A DNA stretch of 64,000 nt from Cenarchaeum sp. (GTDB taxonomy: Archaea; Thermoproteota; Nitrososphaeria; Nitrososphaerales; Nitrosopumilaceae). Where the stretch lies: contig OY843584.1 of NCBI GenBank assembly GCA_963692915.1, forward strand, positions 672,001-736,000, written 5' to 3'. The notes under the pieces were generated by a model. The model was not told the DNA's origin. It ran no database searches and was given only the letters and a program-made list of their open reading frames with translations. The first letter of the stretch is position 1, and each line of letters starts with the position of its first letter. Positions 58,446 through 64,000 of the stretch are shown piece by piece. The position numbers were made by a program, and so were the translations under genes.

Positions 58446-59656
58446 GCGAGCTTGCCGTCATGGCCGTCCATGCGCTCCTAGCGGCCATAATGTGCGGCGT
58501 GGCCGCCACATGGATATGGCTGATCGTCTGCATGCGCCGCACGTTCACGCAGACCCCGCTCCTCGGCGAGTGCGGCGCGCCGGCAGAGTCACCCCTCGTC
58601 TCGGTCATACTGCCGGCAAGAAACGAGGAGGGCTATATCGACGCGTGCGTCTCGTCGCTGCGCGAGCAGGACTATGCCAACTATGAGGTGATCGCCATAG
58701 ATGACTCGTCCGAGGACGCGACGGCGAGTATCATCGCGCGCCATGCCGCCGAGGACCCAAGGGTTCGCCACGTGAGCGCGCGCGCAAAGCCTGACGGGTG
58801 GGCCGGCAAGAGCTGGGCCTGCTCAGAGGGGTATGCGGCTGCGCGCGGCGAGCTGCTCCTGTTCACCGATGCTGACACCATCCACTCGCGCACGGCAATC
58901 TCGGCGGCAGTGGCCGACCTGACCGGCCTGGGCCTCGATGCGCTGACAGTCATGCCGAGAATGCGCTGCGTGGATCCGTGGGCGAGGGTATCACTGCCGG
59001 TGATATCCGTCTTCCTGCACACGCGCTTTTCGGCCCTAAAGGTCAACAGCGCGTCGAGCACAATGGGCTACTTTTTTGGGAGCTTTTTCATGATGCCGCG
59101 CTCGTCCTATGAGGCCCTGGGCACGCACGGCGCCGTCAGGGGCGAGATAGTCGAGGACGGCGCGCTGGGCCGCCTCGCAAAGGCAGCAGGCATGCGCATA
59201 AGGATGGTTCGCGGCGAGGGCGCAGTCAGCGCAGTCTGGTCACGCGACCTCGGCACGCTCTGGAACGCGCTAAAGCGCCTCATGGTTCCGCTATACCTGC
59301 AGGTGGGCCGGCTCGCAGTCGGCATGCTAGTCGGTGTCGCATTTGTACTGCTAGTGCCCTTTGTGAGCCTTGCATACTCGGCGGTGGCGGCCAGCGCCGG
59401 AGTGGCCGGTGCTGCCGCACTCTTTGGCACATCGCTTGTGGCGTCGATCCTGGCAGGCGTCGGTGCCGCATACGAGACGCGCTTTTTGGGAACGAGGATG
59501 CGCGACGCGCTAGGCTCGCCGCTCGGCGGCCTCATCATAACGCTGGGCCTGCTAGCCGGAATACTCGGGGCGCGCTCTAGGGAGTCAGTCTCCTGGAGGG
59601 GCAGGTCGTATGAGATTAGCCGCATAATGGGCGAGTCAGGCGGGCCATACACGTAG
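58442..59656 (+). CDS. membrane glycosyltransferase family 2 (HpnB/CrtQ-like)
   Basis: 'VILPARNEE', 'DDSSED', 'GWAGK', 'LFTDAD', 'IVED'. Confidence 0.88.
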   Translation: MSELAVMAVHALLAAIMCGVAATWIWLIVCMRRTFTQTPLLGECGAPAESPLVSVILPARNEEGYIDACVSSLREQDYANYEVIAIDDSSEDATASIIARHAAEDPRVRHVSARAKPDGWAGKSWACSEGYAAARGELLLFTDADTIHSRTAISAAVADLTGLGLDALTVMPRMRCVDPWARVSLPVISVFLHTRFSALKVNSASSTMGYFFGSFFMMPRSSYEALGTHGAVRGEIVEDGALGRLAKAAGMRIRMVRGEGAVSAVWSRDLGTLWNALKRLMVPLYLQVGRLAVGMLVGVAFVLLVPFVSLAYSAVAASAGVAGAAALFGTSLVASILAGVGAAYETRFLGTRMRDALGSPLGGLIITLGLLAGILGARSRESVSWRGRSYEISRIMGESGGPYT

Positions 59657-59690
59657 GAACCGCGCGTGTGCCGGCAAGACTTTTAGCAAT

Positions 59691-60902
59691 ATGCGCGCCA
59701 GACCCAGTGCGATGAGCAGGCTGGAGAGCACCGCTGCCGGAGTCACCGGAGTAGTCATTGTCGCAATAGCCATACTCGTGGCCCTGATCCCGCAGGCCGA
59801 CGTTCCCGTGTCGCCCGCGCCCGGAGAGCTCGGCGTTCCGGCGCCTCCGCGCGCGGTTCCCGAGCCGCGAGTCGTGCCCGTCGAGCCGATCGCGCGCGTG
59901 CCCGGCGGGACGATCGCACTTGAGAGCATATTTGAGCGCGTCGAGGGCGGCGTCGTGAGCGTTCGCGTAATCTCGCCAGACGAGGAGTCCAGGGGTGGCG
60001 GCTCGGGCTCGGGGTTTGTCCATGACGCGCAGGGCCACATCATAACGAATGAGCACGTCGTCGACGAGGGCGGAAAAATCACCGTGACGTTCCTTGACGG
60101 GCGCTCGTACAACGCCGAGATCGTCGGAGTCGACACGTTTACCGACATTGCCGTGATAAAGGCAGATTCAGGTCCGGTGCTCCTGCAGCCACTGCCCATT
60201 GGAGACTCGTCAGTCCTAAGGGTGGGCGAGCCCGTGGCGGCGATAGGAAACCCGTTTGGCCTCTCGGGCTCGATGACATCCGGAATTGTCAGCCAGCTCG
60301 GCAGGCTGCTGCCGGTGCAGGAGAGTGACTTTTCCATTCCCGACATCATACAGACTGACGCGCCAATAAATCCCGGAAACTCTGGCGGGCCGCTCCTAAA
60401 TGCCGGAGGCGAGGTGATTGGCATGAACACTGCAATACAGACAAACACCGGACAGTTTGTCGGGATTGGCTTTGCGATTCCTTCGCAGACCATCTCAAAG
60501 GTCGTTCCGCGCCTCATAACTGACGGCGAGTATCGCCATCCGTGGATCGGCGTCTCGGGAATCGACATATACCCTGACCTTGCGCAGACCCTCGGCCTAG
60601 AGGACTCGCGCGGGTTTTTGATATCGGGTGTTGCCAGGGGAGGGCCGGCTGACAGGGGAGGCCTGCAGGGGAGCAGCGCGATAGTCGAGATCAACGGCGC
60701 GCCCGTCTCTATCGGAGGCGACATCATACTTGCCGTGGACGGCATCGACGTCAGAAAGATAGACGACATACTCATACACCTGCAGCGTGAAAAGGCCGTT
60801 GGCGACTCGATATCGCTCAGGGTCCTGCGTGATGGCGATGAGCGCCTCGTCACGCTCACGCTAGACGAGAGGCCGCGCGTAGAGGACGCGCCCTTGAGAT
60901 AA
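59691..60902 (+). CDS. membrane-anchored HtrA/DegP trypsin-like serine protease with PDZ domain
   Basis: 'TNEHVV', 'DIAV', 'INPGNSGGPL', C-terminal PDZ; start could be 59712. Confidence 0.93.
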   Translation: MRARPSAMSRLESTAAGVTGVVIVAIAILVALIPQADVPVSPAPGELGVPAPPRAVPEPRVVPVEPIARVPGGTIALESIFERVEGGVVSVRVISPDEESRGGGSGSGFVHDAQGHIITNEHVVDEGGKITVTFLDGRSYNAEIVGVDTFTDIAVIKADSGPVLLQPLPIGDSSVLRVGEPVAAIGNPFGLSGSMTSGIVSQLGRLLPVQESDFSIPDIIQTDAPINPGNSGGPLLNAGGEVIGMNTAIQTNTGQFVGIGFAIPSQTISKVVPRLITDGEYRHPWIGVSGIDIYPDLAQTLGLEDSRGFLISGVARGGPADRGGLQGSSAIVEINGAPVSIGGDIILAVDGIDVRKIDDILIHLQREKAVGDSISLRVLRDGDERLVTLTLDERPRVEDAPLR

Positions 60903-60914
60903 ATACGGCAGGCA

Positions 60915-62099
60915 TTGGCGAGCGCGACGTTGGCAGGGCCATCGCTTCAGAGCCTAGTCACGGGAGGCGACGTCCCGGAGGCCCTCGGGGTCAGCGACGC
61001 GCTAGAGGCATACGAGGCGGCCATGCTCGACCCGTCAGGGCTAATGGCCACCGCACGCGCCGCGCGCGAGTCCGCAAGGGGCCATATCGTGTCATTCTCC
61101 AAAAAGGCGTTTGTGAGCGTGACGACGCTGTGCCGCGATGTCTGCTCGTACTGTGCGTACAGGTCAGAGCCCGGCGGCGAGGCGTTTATGCCAGAGGGCG
61201 CAGTCAGGGCGCTGCTCGAGAATGCCCGGCGCCACGGCTGCGTCGAGGCGCTCCTCGTTGCCGGCGAGCGGCCAGAGGAGAGGTATGACGAGGCGTCATC
61301 GTGGCTGCGACGCGCCGGCTTTGCGAGCACCGCCGAGTACATTGCGCGCTGCTCCGAGATTGCACTAGAGTGTGGCATGTTCCCGCACACAAATGCCGGC
61401 AACCTGACTAGCGCAGAGCTTGCGCCCTTGCGCGAGACGAATGCGAGTGTCGGCATGATGCTAGAGACGTCAAGTGAGCGCCTCGGCGGGGCCGGCATGC
61501 CGCATCATGGGGCACCAAGCAAGCGGCCTGCGGCCAGGATTCGCGCACTAGAGGACGCCGGACGCGCGGGCATTCCCACGACGACGGGCATACTTGTCGG
61601 GATAGGCGAGACGCCGCTTGAGGCAATAGAGTCGCTAGCAGAGATTGGCAGGATAAGCTCAGAGTACGGGCACATACAGGAGATCATTGTGCAAAACTTT
61701 CAGCCAGAGGACGGCACGGCCATGCGCGCCAACGCGCCGGCAGCGGCCGCACACCACGCGGCAATAGCGGCCATTGCAAGGCTAATGATGCCGTCCATGA
61801 ACGTGCAGGCGCCGCCAAACCTCACGCCGCACACATACTCACAGCTCCTCTCGGCGGGAATAAACGACTGGGGCGGCATATCGCCGGTGACGCCAGACCA
61901 CGTAAACCCCGCATTTGCGTGGCCCGCAATACGCGAAGTCGAGCGCCACACGCTAAAGGCAGGCCTTGGGTTCAGGTGCAGGTTTCCCGCATATCCGGAG
62001 CGCCTCGCGCAGATGCCATCACGCCTGCGCGACATGGCCCGTGAGTGCGATGACGGGGACGGGTATGTGCGCGAGGGGCGCTGGAGGACGGGGCAATGA
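60915..62099 (+). CDS. cofG: FO synthase subunit CofG (F420 biosynthesis)
   Basis: Radical SAM 'CRDVCSYC'; 'PHTNAG', 'IQEIIVQNF', 'NDWGGISP'. Confidence 0.93.
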   Translation: MASATLAGPSLQSLVTGGDVPEALGVSDALEAYEAAMLDPSGLMATARAARESARGHIVSFSKKAFVSVTTLCRDVCSYCAYRSEPGGEAFMPEGAVRALLENARRHGCVEALLVAGERPEERYDEASSWLRRAGFASTAEYIARCSEIALECGMFPHTNAGNLTSAELAPLRETNASVGMMLETSSERLGGAGMPHHGAPSKRPAARIRALEDAGRAGIPTTTGILVGIGETPLEAIESLAEIGRISSEYGHIQEIIVQNFQPEDGTAMRANAPAAAAHHAAIAAIARLMMPSMNVQAPPNLTPHTYSQLLSAGINDWGGISPVTPDHVNPAFAWPAIREVERHTLKAGLGFRCRFPAYPERLAQMPSRLRDMARECDDGDGYVREGRWRTGQ

Positions 62100-63361
62100 G
62101 CCTCGTTTGCGACACGCTCATCAGGCGCGCAGAGCCTGCCATAGCCGACGTGCTAGAGGGCGTGCTGGCCGGCGAGGAGGTGTCAGCCGAGGAGGGCGCA
62201 CTCTTGTATTCTGCGCGCGGGGCAGACATGCACCTAGTCGGCATGGTCGCCGACGAGCTGCGCCGGCGCGCGTGCGGGGACACCGTGACATATGTCATAA
62301 ACCGCAACATTAACTTTACAAACGTCTGCGTAAAGCGCTGCCTCTTTTGCGCGTTTAGCCGCGACCACCGGACCGAGGAGGGATACATGCTTCCAGTCGA
62401 GGAGGTCGCACGACGCGCCGCCGAGGCCCACGAGATGGGCGCAACAGAGGTCTGCATACAGGCAGGGCTGCCCCCGGACATGGAGCCAGACCTGTACGAG
62501 CGCATATGCGCAGCAGTAAAGCGCGCGGCCCCTGGAATTCACATACATGCGTTCTCGCCCGAGGAGGTTCTTTACGGCGCAACTGCGGCCGGAACCACAG
62601 TCGAGGACTTTGTCATCCGGCTCAAGGACGCCGGAGTCGACACGCTGCCCGGAACGTCAGCAGAGATACTCGACCAGGGCATACGGGACCGCATATCGCC
62701 GGGGAGGATAAGCGTGGAGGACTGGATTCGCGTCATACGCGCCGCGCACCGTGCGGGAATAACGACGACATCAACGATGATGTTTGGCCACGTCGAGGAC
62801 GCCATGGACAGGACGCGCCACATGGCCACAATCAGGGACATACAGCGCGAGACGCGCGGATTCACCGAGTTCGTCCCGCTCAACTTTGTGCACGAGGAGG
62901 CGCCATTGGGTGCTCGCGAGAGCCTTGGCGCGCGCCACGGGGCAGGCGCGCCAGAGATCCTCCTCACGCACGCCATTGCGCGCATAATGCTTGCCGGCCA
63001 CATTGAGAACATACAGATGTCATGGGTAAAGGACGGGCCGATGATGGCGCGCGTCCTGCTCCACTGGGGCGCCAACGACTTTGGCGGCACGCTGATAAAC
63101 GAGAGCATATCGACATCAGCCGGCGCGCGCCACGGCCAGCTCCTCAGGCCCGCGCAGATACGCCAGGCCATACGCGATGCGGGCCGCGTGCCGGCCCAGA
63201 GGCTGACTGACTATACTGTGGCCAAAGAGTACGCGCGCGGCGGGGACACCGAGGAGGGCGCCCTCGATGCCGTCGCCGACGAGTCGCGATTTGGCTCGTA
63301 CGAGGAGCTTGTGAGCATAGACACCTACAGGTACAGGCGTGCGCGCAGGGGAGGCTCCTGA
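62096..63361 (+). CDS. cofH: FO synthase subunit CofH
   Basis: 'NRNINFTNVCVKRCLFCAFS', 'LPGTSAEIL', 'GANDFGGTL.NESIS'. Confidence 0.94.
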   Translation: MSLVCDTLIRRAEPAIADVLEGVLAGEEVSAEEGALLYSARGADMHLVGMVADELRRRACGDTVTYVINRNINFTNVCVKRCLFCAFSRDHRTEEGYMLPVEEVARRAAEAHEMGATEVCIQAGLPPDMEPDLYERICAAVKRAAPGIHIHAFSPEEVLYGATAAGTTVEDFVIRLKDAGVDTLPGTSAEILDQGIRDRISPGRISVEDWIRVIRAAHRAGITTTSTMMFGHVEDAMDRTRHMATIRDIQRETRGFTEFVPLNFVHEEAPLGARESLGARHGAGAPEILLTHAIARIMLAGHIENIQMSWVKDGPMMARVLLHWGANDFGGTLINESISTSAGARHGQLLRPAQIRQAIRDAGRVPAQRLTDYTVAKEYARGGDTEEGALDAVADESRFGSYEELVSIDTYRYRRARRGGS

Positions 63362-63452
63362 GCGCCCCACGCGCGCATGGATGCCACTCATAGGCGTATT
63401 ATACCGCAATAGTACGGTACTCTTTTATAGCCCCCAAATCCGCCCCTGACGC

Positions 63453-63635
63453 ATGAGCCAGATGATGCTCCAGCGGTCGCGGCTAGCGCCTGTGCAGAGC
63501 GCAGGCGTCGTCGTGCCATTCGAGTGTGCCGTGTGCGGGCGCGGTCCGGGCGACGGGACTGCGATCACGTCAAGGGCCGAGGCCGGCGTCGAGATGATGC
63601 TGTGCGACTCGCACATTGGCACACGCGGCGCATAG
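63453..63635 (+). CDS. small putative zinc-binding protein
   Basis: 'CAVC...LCDSH'; TTTTATAG at 63423-63430. Confidence 0.6.
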   Translation: MSQMMLQRSRLAPVQSAGVVVPFECAVCGRGPGDGTAITSRAEAGVEMMLCDSHIGTRGA

Positions 63636-63690
63636 GCGCAGCCCACGTTTTTTGGCAATGCGCCATGCCCCACCATTTTGCAATGGCAGA

Positions 63691-63999
63691 TTACGCCATC
63701 GGCCGAGTCACCGCGCCGTTGGCAGCCGAGCCGACAAGTGAGGCATACTTTGCGAGGGCACCACGCACATAGTTTGGCCCCGGTGGCCTCCATGACCTGC
63801 GCCGCTCGTCAAGCTCGGCTGCCGGAACGTTGAGCTCAATTGTTCCCCCAGTGATGCTGATCGATATTTCGTCACCGTCGCGAACCAGCGCAATGTTTCC
63901 CCCGACAAAGGCCTCCGGAGCCGCATGGCCAACCATAAATCCGCGTGTCGCACCAGAGAACCTCCCGTCAGTCACCATTGCGACGCGCTCGCCGAGTCC
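63691..63999 (-). CDS. ilvD: dihydroxy-acid dehydratase, C-terminal part (5'-partial)
   Basis: '[24 protein letters not shown]', 'LAKYA.LV.SA..GA'. Confidence 0.95.
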   Translation of the reverse strand, partial: GLGERVAMVTDGRFSGATRGFMVGHAAPEAFVGGNIALVRDGDEISISITGGTIELNVPAAELDERRRSWRPPGPNYVRGALAKYASLVGSAANGAVTRPMA

Positions 64000-64000
64000 C

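Noticed and set aside
1-64000. CRISPR arrays, rRNA, inteins, prophage genes
   Set aside because: No regularly spaced repeats, rRNA-like sequence, intein-sized insertions in MCM/RFC/Hel308, or virion genes were seen.

Overview
High-GC archaeal chromosome segment. Gene content and style (S30e, aEF-1A, S10, RpoP, TBP, MCM/GINS/RFC, Hel308, aIF6, FBP aldolase/phosphatase, PPDK, cofG/cofH, Zn-ferredoxin) point to Nitrososphaerota (Thaumarchaeota), probably Nitrosopumilaceae. A high-GC, possibly sponge-associated lineage is an inference only. Most of the window is densely packed housekeeping DNA: six aminoacyl-tRNA synthetases, sucCD, replication and repair genes, and tRNA-Ser(UGA). Many genes look leaderless, with a TATA box about 22-30 nt before the start codon. 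Four accessory inserts stand out. (1) 4.1-5.9 kb: an intact IS481-type element with 25-bp inverted repeats and a 15-bp target duplication, beside an IS66 remnant and a fragment of an Ig-like surface protein. (2) 30.4-33.55 kb: an AT-rich two-gene island in which a MORC-type GHKL ATPase appears fused to an AbiEi/DUF6577-like antitoxin domain and is coupled to an AbiEii-family nucleotidyltransferase. This is the best candidate for an undescribed defence or toxin-antitoxin system. (3) 48.95-49.5 kb and (4) 53.55-54.73 kb: AT-rich inserts carrying two related YwgA/DUF4065(Panacea)-like proteins, the second in a three-gene operon of unknowns. All family assignments come from motif recognition by eye; no database searches were run.
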